NCBI GenBank assembly: GCA_013001465.1 | Contig: JABDMM010000029.1 | Coordinates: 11,385 to 75,384 of the forward strand | Reading direction: 5' to 3' | From: Chitinophagales bacterium | GTDB lineage: Bacteria; Bacteroidota; Bacteroidia; Chitinophagales; JABDMM01 | Length of the DNA stretch: 64,000 bases | Part shown: in pieces, positions 36,906 through 45,868 of the stretch | How positions within the stretch are numbered: position 1 is the first letter of the stretch | How the letters are laid out: every line of letters starts with the position of its first letter | The notes under the pieces: model-generated | Seen by the model: only the letters and a program-made list of their open reading frames with translations | The model's database searches: none | Told to the model about the DNA's origin: nothing | Program-made: the position numbers and the translations under genes

Positions 36906-37952
36906 TTAGACTCTGATCAACAATCCGCCCCAGGAAATTCCTCCCCCAACGACAGACATCATTAATAAGTCGTCCTTTTTAATAGTTTCTGATTTAATTG
37001 CTTTGTGAAGCGCCAGCAGTGAACTTACTGCACCACAATTAGCATATTCAGAAACTACATTTACCACTTTTTCGGTCGGTATATTTGCTTTTTCAGTAGC
37101 AAGTAAAACCGTTTTTTTCGTTGATTGGTGTGGTATAAAACAATCGACGTCTTCCGGCTTAATATTGGCATGCCGATATAATTTGTCCGGGAGCCATTCC
37201 CAGATCTGATTCATATAAGCTGTAGCCTTTGGTGCCATCAACATCAGGTATTCGTTATTCTTGATCGCTTTTTCAGTTGGAGGAAGAGCACCTTGTACAC
37301 CATACATCGAAGCATAATGGCCATCAGAGTCTAGATAAGAAAGCAACAACTTGCTTCCATTTTTTTCAACTCTGGATAAAACAACTGCTGCAGCCGCATC
37401 TCCTCCCGCGAATACTTGATTTGTGTTAAAATCTGCAATTTTAGAAAATGTTTCTGCAGACACAATAAGCACATTCTTCAGACCGCTCTGAAGACTTAAA
37501 AAACCCAACGTCATTGCATAAAGATTGGAAGCACATCCGGTTTTCATTTCGAAAGATGCGCATTTCATTCCTAACTGTCCACCAACATATGTCGCAGTTG
37601 AGGAGGTATATCTTGGCGATGTCGTTGTAACTGAAATCAAAAGATCTATATCTTCTGGTAATAATTCTGCATCGTGCAAAGCATTCTTAATCGCATGATA
37701 CATCATATCCACAGAAGTGGCTTCATTCTCAGTAAGCACGTGACCAGGGGTGTGAACCCAAAACCGCTTACTGAAACCCCATTTATCCTCTATATAATTT
37801 TTATCTATTCCAATGTCAAGCAATTTGGTCTTCCAATCTGCTCCGTATTTCAGATTATATATATCCTCGTTGCTGACCCATTTACCCAACTCTTCCGGGA
37901 ATGCTGTGGCAATTCCCTTGATTTCTACATTGCTCAAATTCTCTATATACAT
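36906..37952 (-). CDS. Divergent KASIII/thiolase-fold condensing enzyme
   Basis: 348 aa. Motifs TGCASNLYAM (Cys), IPHQSTKK (His) and YANCGAVSS (Asn). It is more divergent than the neighbouring FabH-like gene. Confidence 0.7.
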   Translation of the reverse strand: MYIENLSNVEIKGIATAFPEELGKWVSNEDIYNLKYGADWKTKLLDIGIDKNYIEDKWGFSKRFWVHTPGHVLTENEATSVDMMYHAIKNALHDAELLPEDIDLLISVTTTSPRYTSSTATYVGGQLGMKCASFEMKTGCASNLYAMTLGFLSLQSGLKNVLIVSAETFSKIADFNTNQVFAGGDAAAAVVLSRVEKNGSKLLLSYLDSDGHYASMYGVQGALPPTEKAIKNNEYLMLMAPKATAYMNQIWEWLPDKLYRHANIKPEDVDCFIPHQSTKKTVLLATEKANIPTEKVVNVVSEYANCGAVSSLLALHKAIKSETIKKDDLLMMSVVGGGISWGGLLIRV

Positions 37953-38059
37953 ACCCCAGTCAGATAAATTATTCTTTTATATAAAGTTTTCAGGAATTTA
38001 AATTAAGTTTTCCACAAAAACAAGTGCAAAGTTCCTTAAATAATATGAATTATTATAAC

Positions 38060-38914
38060 TTAATCGCTTGATAAACTTGCGTTCTTTAAAGATTTAACGT
38101 GCAAATCCAATTGTGGAAAGGGAATCGTAATTCCATGTTCACGGAATCTTTTTTCGATCATAAATCGCATATTACTTTTGATATTTTCAATACCTAAAAT
38201 GTCATCAGAGGCAAAGAAAATATCAAAATGTAGCGCAGAGTCACCAAACTCTAAGAATCTTACGATTGTGGGCGGGTATCGTTTCACATCCTGGCAATCC
38301 TTTGCAACAGAAAGCAAAATTGATCTAACTTTTTCTGGATCAGAGCCATAGGCAACAGATACAGGAAGTGAAAATCTTGTCAAGTGTGTGCTATGACTCC
38401 AGTTAATTACACTGTTTACTGTAATCTTTGAATTTGGTACTACAACATCGATCTTCTCCTTGGTTTCTATTTGTGAGGTTCTAATGCCTATTTTCCTGAC
38501 AATACCAACTTTACCATCAACTTCCACGATGTCACCGACCTCAACTGACCCTTCAAAGAGAAGTATTAACCCTGATACCAGGTCATTAAATGTCTGCTGC
38601 AATCCTAAACCAACCCCAACCAGAAGGGCAGCAGAACCTGCAAGGAGCAGTGTTATATTAAGTCCTACAATTTGCAGTGCCGTAAGAAGCCCGACGATAT
38701 AAATAAAATATTTTATCAATCTGGAAGTAGCAAACTGTCTCCCTTTATCGATATTCCTTTGTTTGAAATAGCGCTTTAGTAAAACTTTGTCTAAAAAAAA
38801 CACCATTAACCTGGCTGCCAAAAGAACAATTACAAACAACAGTAATTCATCAATAGAAAGTTGAAAGTCTTTATACTTAAAGACATTGTATTTCAATATC
38901 TCATTGATGCTCAT
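38060..38914 (-). CDS. Small-conductance mechanosensitive channel (MscS family)
   Basis: 284 aa. Three TM helices plus a beta domain, FEGSVEVGDIVEVDGKVGIVRKIGIRTSQIET. Confidence 0.85.
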   Translation of the reverse strand: MSINEILKYNVFKYKDFQLSIDELLLFVIVLLAARLMVFFLDKVLLKRYFKQRNIDKGRQFATSRLIKYFIYIVGLLTALQIVGLNITLLLAGSAALLVGVGLGLQQTFNDLVSGLILLFEGSVEVGDIVEVDGKVGIVRKIGIRTSQIETKEKIDVVVPNSKITVNSVINWSHSTHLTRFSLPVSVAYGSDPEKVRSILLSVAKDCQDVKRYPPTIVRFLEFGDSALHFDIFFASDDILGIENIKSNMRFMIEKRFREHGITIPFPQLDLHVKSLKNASLSSD

Positions 38915-38961
38915 TAGATTACAGTTGTTTTTATAGCCAAATAGGGGGACATCGCCTTCAT

Positions 38962-39360
38962 CTATTCTGAAACATAATTCTCCATGATTGAATGAATGCG
39001 TCTGGTGTCACTATATACCTGCCAATATTCGATTTGGTTTCCTTTAATTTGTATCCGCCAGGCACAGGGTTGCCTCCATTTGTGATCTTTGTTCTCGCTT
39101 CCCATGTAGCTTCCGGAAGCAAAACCGAATAATCCAACCAAATCGCCCTCCAGAAAATAATTTTCTACTTCTATAAAGTAATCAGGAAACCACTGGAAAT
39201 AGGACTTCCAGTTTTGAAGCATCATCGACCTACCTTTAAACATCTTACCGCCAGCATCGACATAACGATGATTTTCAGTCATCAATGATTCCAGGGATTC
39301 AATATCTTTCTGGTTAATTGATTGAATAAATTGAAGGACGACATCTATAGGATCGGCCAT
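38962..39360 (-). CDS. NTF2-like (SnoaL-like) domain protein
   Basis: 132 aa. The pattern VLQFIQSINQKDIESLESLMTENHRYVD is typical of SnoaL/NTF2-like proteins. Confidence 0.55.
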   Translation of the reverse strand: MADPIDVVLQFIQSINQKDIESLESLMTENHRYVDAGGKMFKGRSMMLQNWKSYFQWFPDYFIEVENYFLEGDLVGLFGFASGSYMGSENKDHKWRQPCAWRIQIKGNQIEYWQVYSDTRRIHSIMENYVSE

Positions 39361-39396
39361 GATTACAGTAACTTCGTTTCAACAAAAATTAAAATA

Positions 39397-39972
39397 GTGA
39401 AAATAGGCTTATTTTTTGGTTCTTTTAATCCCATTCATACAGGCCATCTGATTATTGCAAATTATCTACACAGTCTTTCAGATCTCGACAAGGTCTGGTT
39501 TGTTGTTTCTCCGCAGAACCCTTTTAAATCTAAATCAACGCTCCTGAATAAGTATGATCGTTTTCATCTTGTCCAACTTGCGGTGGAAGATAACGATAAT
39601 CTGGAAGCGAGCAACATAGAGTTCAGCATGCCGTTGCCTTCTTATACCATAGATACTCTTGTTTATTTAAAAGAAAAGCACCCGGATAAACAATTTTCAT
39701 TGATCATGGGTTCTGATAATCTAAAGAGCTTTCATAAGTGGAAAAACCATGAGTCCATTTTAGAAGATTACGATATTTATGTGTACAGGCGATTGGGAAG
39801 CGATACCCATCAGTTGGGAGAGCATTCAAATGTTCATATTATTGACGTGCCTTTTATTGAGATTTCTTCAACGTTTATAAGAGAAAGTATTAAAGCAGGA
39901 AGGTCGGTTAAGTATTTTGTACCCGAACCAGCCTTAAAATATATTGAAGAAATGAATTATTATTCAGAATAA
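39397..39972 (+). CDS. nadD: Nicotinate-nucleotide adenylyltransferase
   Basis: VKIGLFFGSFNPIHTGHL (HxGH motif) and ISSTFIR. GTG at 39397 is preferred because the track start at 39322 overlaps the divergent gene. Confidence 0.85.
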   Translation: MKIGLFFGSFNPIHTGHLIIANYLHSLSDLDKVWFVVSPQNPFKSKSTLLNKYDRFHLVQLAVEDNDNLEASNIEFSMPLPSYTIDTLVYLKEKHPDKQFSLIMGSDNLKSFHKWKNHESILEDYDIYVYRRLGSDTHQLGEHSNVHIIDVPFIEISSTFIRESIKAGRSVKYFVPEPALKYIEEMNYYSE

Positions 39973-39974
39973 AG

Positions 39975-41354
39975 TTAAGCAGGGCCTTCATACTCAGAAA
40001 CTACGAATCTTAGCTTTCCACTTGATGTGCGTTCAATTTTATCTACATATCTGATATCGAAGTAATCCGCATCTAATCTTGAACGGATCTCCTGGATAAG
40101 ACTTTCTTCGTCATTCTGTTGATAGCTTGAAGACTTTACCACATCAAAGTGAATGAATCCATCCTTCTCCTGGACAATTCTCGCTTCGACTACATTGATC
40201 ATGTCCTTGAAAATATGGTCCATTCTCCCGATTTTAGTTCCATTGCGCAATGTCACGAAATCTTCGCTTCTTCCATCAACCCTGTCTACAATTCGACTCT
40301 CTCTACCACACTGACATTTGTGATTTGCTGTAATTGTTGCTACATCATTTGTATCGTATCGCAGAAAAAACATTGCGGGGTTAGAAAATGAGCTGCCTAC
40401 AATCCTATATTGATCTTTCTGGCCTTGGATAGGAATGAATTCCACAAATGAGTAGTCCTCATCAACATGCATATTGCCATATTCACATTCTGAAATGTTT
40501 GCCACAGGTTCTGACAATCCATAATGTTGTATCGGGCTAACGCCGAAAGCTTCTTTTATCAATCTCTTGTGACTTTCAAGAAGATTTTCGGCGCCGATAG
40601 ACACCTTCTTGACCTTGTGTTCAAACCGCAATCCATTCTCCAACATAAGAGAAGCTAAATTGGAAAGGAATGAGGGATAACCGTGAAACCAGCTAATTTT
40701 TTCATGATTAATTTTATCAATGTATGCAGGGAGGGTTTTCTTGTTGAGGTGATACATGCTGAACATATGTCTTTTGGTTGCCTTAACGGTTCTCCAATAT
40801 GGCGGTTTCGATTGATTTATCGGTACAATTGTACGGCCTCCAAAAAAAGCGACCCATGTTGCGAACCCGATCCCCCTATTCATTCTAAATCTCCACCAGA
40901 CTGCCCATTTCTCTTGTTCACAGCTTACTGACTCAGGATAGATCAGTCCGGCACCGGTGGTACCCGAGGTATGGGTGATTAAGTGCGGGTGGCTTTTATA
41001 GTTATCGTTTACAACTTGATCAATATTCTCTCTTATTGAAGTTTTCGTAGTGATGGGCAGCTTCTCAATACCTTTGAGATCAGAAAGCTCTGAAGGTTCA
41101 AAACCAACTTCTTTAAATAGTCTTCTATAATATATTGAATGTTGTTGAGCGCGTATTAAGTTGTCTTTCAAGCGTTCAATTTGTAATTGCTTTAATTTAT
41201 CGATGGGCCATCTATCCCTATATCTTATTGAATCTAGTATTCGAAAGAATTCTTTATTATAACGGCGCTTAACCATTCTCTTTCCGTATAATTCGATTAG
41301 AATTTTCTGTATAAAAAGAGGTGATTGGTGGTATATTCGTTCGGTCATATTCAT
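39975..41354 (-). CDS. Phenylacetate-CoA ligase-like (CapK/F390-synthetase family) adenylate-forming enzyme
   Basis: 459 aa. TSGTTGAG P-loop-like motif with a PaaK/CapK-like size and layout. Confidence 0.7.
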   Translation of the reverse strand: MNMTERIYHQSPLFIQKILIELYGKRMVKRRYNKEFFRILDSIRYRDRWPIDKLKQLQIERLKDNLIRAQQHSIYYRRLFKEVGFEPSELSDLKGIEKLPITTKTSIRENIDQVVNDNYKSHPHLITHTSGTTGAGLIYPESVSCEQEKWAVWWRFRMNRGIGFATWVAFFGGRTIVPINQSKPPYWRTVKATKRHMFSMYHLNKKTLPAYIDKINHEKISWFHGYPSFLSNLASLMLENGLRFEHKVKKVSIGAENLLESHKRLIKEAFGVSPIQHYGLSEPVANISECEYGNMHVDEDYSFVEFIPIQGQKDQYRIVGSSFSNPAMFFLRYDTNDVATITANHKCQCGRESRIVDRVDGRSEDFVTLRNGTKIGRMDHIFKDMINVVEARIVQEKDGFIHFDVVKSSSYQQNDEESLIQEIRSRLDADYFDIRYVDKIERTSSGKLRFVVSEYEGPA

Positions 41355-41404
41355 CGCCGATCAATTTTATGGTGAATTTAGCATAATCGTTTGAGGGTTT
41401 AAGC

Positions 41405-42526
41405 ATGAAGAAAAAAATCCTAATGATCGGCCCTTGCAGGGGTCATAATATACAAAGGTATCTGGATGTCTTTCAAAAAGATAAGGACCTTTATGACTTT
41501 GCCTTTGCAAACTACCATCCAAAGCGTGAGTTTTCAAGTCGCAGCTATCCCGGCCTTGAAATTTTTGATGTTTGGAATGTTTTTAAGCTGCTCTTGAGGT
41601 TATTAAGAAATAATGATATCCTCTGGATTCATATGCATGTTCCAATACCATTGATACTTTTCGCCTTGATTTTTCGAAATAGGAAATCTGTTGTAAACTA
41701 TAATATCTGGGGCGAGTCCATTCCACGAGTTGCATCTGGTAAAGGATTAAAGGCTGGAATATACCGATTCATAATGCGTGAAGCGGATCACGTCATGTGC
41801 CCATGGTATGCTACTTATGAAATAATAAAAGAGAACATAGGTGGAGTTAATGCCTTTGTTCACCCTATGGGAATGAATGGTGAATTTTTTGATCTTGAAA
41901 CCAAACAAGAACTTCAGTCAGAAACTCAGCAGTTTTTAAATACACTTCCAAATGATGTCACTAAATTATATTTTCCAAAGAGCTTTTCGAACGCTAGTGA
42001 TCACGACTTAATTATAGAGGCTGGTAAAATCTTGTTAGATAAAGGTGTCCGCAACTTCATTATATATTTCTGGATGGGTAACCAGTTGAACCAGGAACTT
42101 GAAGCACTGTACAGACAAAAAATAAGTGAACTGGGGTTAAATGATCACATTTCTATTATACATCATAGTTTTTTGCCGACATATGATATCCAGCAAGTCT
42201 GGCTGAAAATGGATGTTGGGTTGCAGATTGCAATATTCGATCTCTTATCGACCACTATTCTTGAACCAATGTTCCTCGAAAAGGAATTTATCGCCACAGA
42301 TATCGCTCCATATCGAATCATAGAAGAAAAATATAATGTAGACCTTGATCTGATCCCGATGGACAAAAATGCGCTAGCGTCTAGAATGGAAAGGCTGATA
42401 AAGGGCTACAAAACCAACGAACTGATAATGAAAAAAAGAAAGGAGGTAACAGAGACCCATTTCAATACTTACAATAACATTCCTTCGATCGTCAGTTATC
42501 TTATCACCGAGGGAAGAAAAAAGTAA
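41405..42526 (+). CDS. Glycosyltransferase (GT-B, GT4-like)
   Basis: 373 aa. The N-terminus (KILMIGP) and two-domain layout suggest a GT-B fold. Motif support is weak. Confidence 0.5.
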   Translation: MKKKILMIGPCRGHNIQRYLDVFQKDKDLYDFAFANYHPKREFSSRSYPGLEIFDVWNVFKLLLRLLRNNDILWIHMHVPIPLILFALIFRNRKSVVNYNIWGESIPRVASGKGLKAGIYRFIMREADHVMCPWYATYEIIKENIGGVNAFVHPMGMNGEFFDLETKQELQSETQQFLNTLPNDVTKLYFPKSFSNASDHDLIIEAGKILLDKGVRNFIIYFWMGNQLNQELEALYRQKISELGLNDHISIIHHSFLPTYDIQQVWLKMDVGLQIAIFDLLSTTILEPMFLEKEFIATDIAPYRIIEEKYNVDLDLIPMDKNALASRMERLIKGYKTNELIMKKRKEVTETHFNTYNNIPSIVSYLITEGRKK

Positions 42527-43303
42527 ATATGAACATGTCTTGTTTCATAAATACATAATAAGCTGGTTTTTAATATTTCGCCTTCTACATTTATACACCG
42601 TTCTTGTGTATAAAACTGTGTGTTCTATTAATATTTTGAGCAGAATTCACCTTTGTAAAATCAGAAAGTTTACAGGTTAGAAAGTTATAATAACTTTTCA
42701 GATCTACATTCACGAAATCTACATTACCTGCTTCTTGTTTGTGCATTTCTTTTATCAAGAAAATATGTTGTTGTGAAATTAACATACCTTAACAAAAACT
42801 GTGTTTTACTGTATGGTCCTTTAATTTGCTTTAATTTAGTTATGTGAATAACACCATTCCAAATAGGGATAACTTAAAAAACAATGAAGAATTCATAAAG
42901 TTTTTTACAAATCCACACCCTTAATAATGATTAATAAACTTTTTAAAAAAGAAATTATAATTTATCATCTCGTTGAAACCTCATTGGATTTTTAACTGAA
43001 ATAACTTTCTATTTTAGCTCCGGATTTAGTTCAATGCTGCTGGCGCATCGATTAATTTTGAATCAACAATTTTAAAATTTCAAAATCTTTAGACAAAGTA
43101 GGTATAAGTTAAAAGAAAAGCTATTATATTGCACTTGAGGTAGTTACTCATATTACCATATTGTAACTGTCCCCTATCAAAAGCCGTTATTTTAATGGAA
43201 TTCGGTTATAGTTAAACATTGTTGTTCTCCCTAAAGCAGCAATAGCAATAGCCGACAATAATTTGAGCTTCAGAACAGTTTAATAATAACTTAAAGTTAT
43301 TTC

Positions 43304-44053
43304 ATGATTCGCAACTTGCTATTGTTAGGGGTTTTGTTAGGGGTAAATATTCCAAGTATTTTGAAGGAACAAACCTTACTAGAAAGTCAACTTCAATATG
43401 AAAAAGTTGAAGAGGCTTTTAAAAAATTTGATAAATCATGGGAAGAAATTTGTGCTGAGAGAAACCTGGTTTATCCTCCTGATAATCTTTTTGTTAGAGT
43501 ATTTAAAAGAGAAAAGATTGTAGAAGTGTGGGGATCTGGAGGAGATGATAGCTTTGTTTTATTGAAAGACTTTCCTATTTGTGCTTTATCCGGCGATCTT
43601 GGACCAAAAAGAATGGAAGGTGATAAACAAGTACCGGAAGGAGTCTATAACGTTGAATTGTTTAACCCAGTTTCTAAATACCACTTATCTGTAAAAATAA
43701 ACTACCCGAATAAATCTGATAAAATATTGGGTCATCGGATTTACCCTGGAAGTAACATTTTCTTTCATGGAGGTTGCAAAACAATCGGGTGCATTCCGTT
43801 AACAGATGAGCTAATTAAAGAGTTCTACACATTGGCACTAAAGTCCTACTCAAATAATGGAAAGCTTCCTGTACATATTTTCCCATTTAAAATGGATGGT
43901 GAAGAGTATGAAAAAGCATGTGAAGAAATGCAGAATAACAAGAAGTTCTGGAGTGAAATACAGCCAATATACCAGTTCTTTGAAACCAAAAAAGCCCTGC
44001 CAATTGTAAGTATTGACAATGGTGGTTCCTACCGCTTGGTAAATCTGAATTAA
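43304..44053 (+). CDS. L,D-transpeptidase catalytic-domain family protein
   Basis: 249 aa with a signal peptide and a YkuD-like His/Cys motif, IFFHGGCKTIGCIPL. Confidence 0.6.
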   Translation: MIRNLLLLGVLLGVNIPSILKEQTLLESQLQYEKVEEAFKKFDKSWEEICAERNLVYPPDNLFVRVFKREKIVEVWGSGGDDSFVLLKDFPICALSGDLGPKRMEGDKQVPEGVYNVELFNPVSKYHLSVKINYPNKSDKILGHRIYPGSNIFFHGGCKTIGCIPLTDELIKEFYTLALKSYSNNGKLPVHIFPFKMDGEEYEKACEEMQNNKKFWSEIQPIYQFFETKKALPIVSIDNGGSYRLVNLN

Positions 44054-44054
44054 A

Positions 44055-45245
44055 TTATCTGCTTTCCAATGAATCGTTGATCTTTTCGAGAAGAAGCTCA
44101 GTTTCTTCAGGATCCATCCCATCTCGGCGAGCAATTTCAATTGAATTTATTGCTGCTTTTTTAGCCTCTTCCAAACGTCCAAGTTTTAATAATAAGTTAG
44201 CCTGGGTATCGGTATTATACCAGTTCTTATCTAGTCTTATTGATTTTAAAACCCAAAACAATGCTTCATTTAACTTAATTTCATCTTCTTCATTTTCAAA
44301 ATACTTCCATGCCGCTGCATTGAGCTCGTTACTATTGCTGCAGTGCATCGTAAGGTACTTCTGGGCATACTTATGACCATTTTCTTCATCGTCTTTGTAA
44401 AAGATGTACTGAGCATAAGCAGTTAGTTTTTCTGCCAGATCAGGGATACTTGACTTCACCTGAGAAATAAAACTATTCAGAGCTTTTGCATCTTCAGATT
44501 TGCCAATTTCATATATTTTATAGGAATAGGCATGTTCGAAGAACTGATTCACAGATGCGGTACCATGGCTTACTTCAAGACTTTTCTTATTTTCTAGTAA
44601 AGAATAAAAATACTCCGAATCGGTATCATAGAAATTGTAAGATATCACAGCCCAATGTGTGGAATCTTTATAGTCAGCATCATTAAGCTGAGCTATATAT
44701 GTTTGAATAGCAGAGGAATTATCTAATCCGGCCTCATTAATGGCATGAATATAAGTTCTTAAAAACTCCAGGCTCTTCTCACCTTTTTCAAATTTTGTCT
44801 CATATGAAACGAGTTGCCTTTCAGGATTAACAGCATCCCAACCTGCATCAACAAAATCTCCTGGATCCCTGTAACCACTGATGCGGTGTACCCATTTACC
44901 CTGCGGACTAAAATATAACAGCGTCGGGAACCCATTTACACCATTTTTTTCAGCGAATTTCTCTCCCATGGCACCGTCTTCTGCATTTAACTTGATATTG
45001 ATGAATGTTTTATTGTAATAACTTGCAACTCCTTCAGCGGTGAAAACATCTTTATCAAGTTTTTTGCACCAGCTGCACCAGTCAGTATAAACATCAACGA
45101 AAATATGTTTATTTGCTTTTTTTGCATCGGCTACAACTTGCTCCCAATTGTCGTATGCTTTAAAGTCGATGTTTTGAGCAGATGACTCGGTTACAATGAA
45201 TAGCGCAAACACAAAAATTCCTGTCTTTATGAATTGGGAAACCAT
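44055..45245 (-). CDS. Secreted thioredoxin-fold protein with helical-repeat C-terminus
   Basis: 396 aa. Signal peptide and a CxxC motif, VYTDWCSWCKKLD. Confidence 0.75.
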   Translation of the reverse strand: MVSQFIKTGIFVFALFIVTESSAQNIDFKAYDNWEQVVADAKKANKHIFVDVYTDWCSWCKKLDKDVFTAEGVASYYNKTFINIKLNAEDGAMGEKFAEKNGVNGFPTLLYFSPQGKWVHRISGYRDPGDFVDAGWDAVNPERQLVSYETKFEKGEKSLEFLRTYIHAINEAGLDNSSAIQTYIAQLNDADYKDSTHWAVISYNFYDTDSEYFYSLLENKKSLEVSHGTASVNQFFEHAYSYKIYEIGKSEDAKALNSFISQVKSSIPDLAEKLTAYAQYIFYKDDEENGHKYAQKYLTMHCSNSNELNAAAWKYFENEEDEIKLNEALFWVLKSIRLDKNWYNTDTQANLLLKLGRLEEAKKAAINSIEIARRDGMDPEETELLLEKINDSLESR

Positions 45246-45313
45246 GGGTTATAAATTTTATTATGTATTAAAGGATAAAAGTATCAATTATTGCTTTATA
45301 CCGAGTCATGTTG

Positions 45314-45344
45314 ATTGTAAAAACAAAGCACGTGTAAGTGCTTA
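45314..45344 (-). terminator. Rho-independent terminator of the long minus-strand operon ending with idi
   Basis: On the minus strand: stem aagcac/gtgctt overlapping the idi stop, a 6-nt loop, then TGTTTTT. Confidence 0.55.
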
Positions 45345-45860
45345 GACGTAGTTCCTTCTCAAAAGTTCTTTAAAAATGATTACGAACCAAACGGAGTAAT
45401 TATGTTCATTTTCTGACATGTCTCTTTCAAGTTCATCAATGTCGACCCACTTTACATCTGCTACTTCTGAATGATTAAAGGGGATCTCGCCTTCATAAGT
45501 ACCGATAAACACTTCGTCTAGTTCATGTTCGATGAGTCCAGTCTGGTCATCTTCAGCTTTATATTGAAATGTAAATGCAAATTGCAGATCTGCATCAATT
45601 CCTAACTCCTCTTGCATTCTCCGATTGGCGGCATCGATGGTTTTTTCACCAGACCTAGGATGGCTGCAGCAAGCGTTGCTCCATATCAGTGGCCAGTGAT
45701 ACTTTTCTGCAGATCGTTGTTGAAGTAACATTTGGCCCCCAGGGTTAAGAATGATCACACTAAATGCTTTGTGAAGCACGCCTTTTTCGTGTGCCTCTAT
45801 TTTACCCATCAATCCGGTTTCATTTCCATCTTCATTTACCAAAACTACCTGTTCTTCCAT
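45342..45860 (-). CDS. idi: Isopentenyl-diphosphate delta-isomerase, type 1 (Nudix)
   Basis: 172 aa, aligned to E. coli Idi from memory: LHKAFSVIILN, WSNACCSHP, IEHELDEVF. Confidence 0.85.
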   Translation of the reverse strand: MEEQVVLVNEDGNETGLMGKIEAHEKGVLHKAFSVIILNPGGQMLLQQRSAEKYHWPLIWSNACCSHPRSGEKTIDAANRRMQEELGIDADLQFAFTFQYKAEDDQTGLIEHELDEVFIGTYEGEIPFNHSEVADVKWVDIDELERDMSENEHNYSVWFVIIFKELLRRNYV

Positions 45861-45868
45861 CGTTATTT

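Noticed and set aside
42591-42785. 64-aa minus-strand ORF in the 777-bp AT-rich gap
   Set aside because: It has no signal, TM or motif and no -7 box at a sensible distance. ORFs of this length are expected by chance. It remains only a possibility noted under the gap finding.
43015-43080. tRNA-like fragment (gctccggatttagttcaatgctgctggcgcatcgattaattttgaatc)
   Set aside because: No acceptor stem complementarity, no GTTCGAATC-type T-loop with a paired stem, and no cloverleaf can be drawn.
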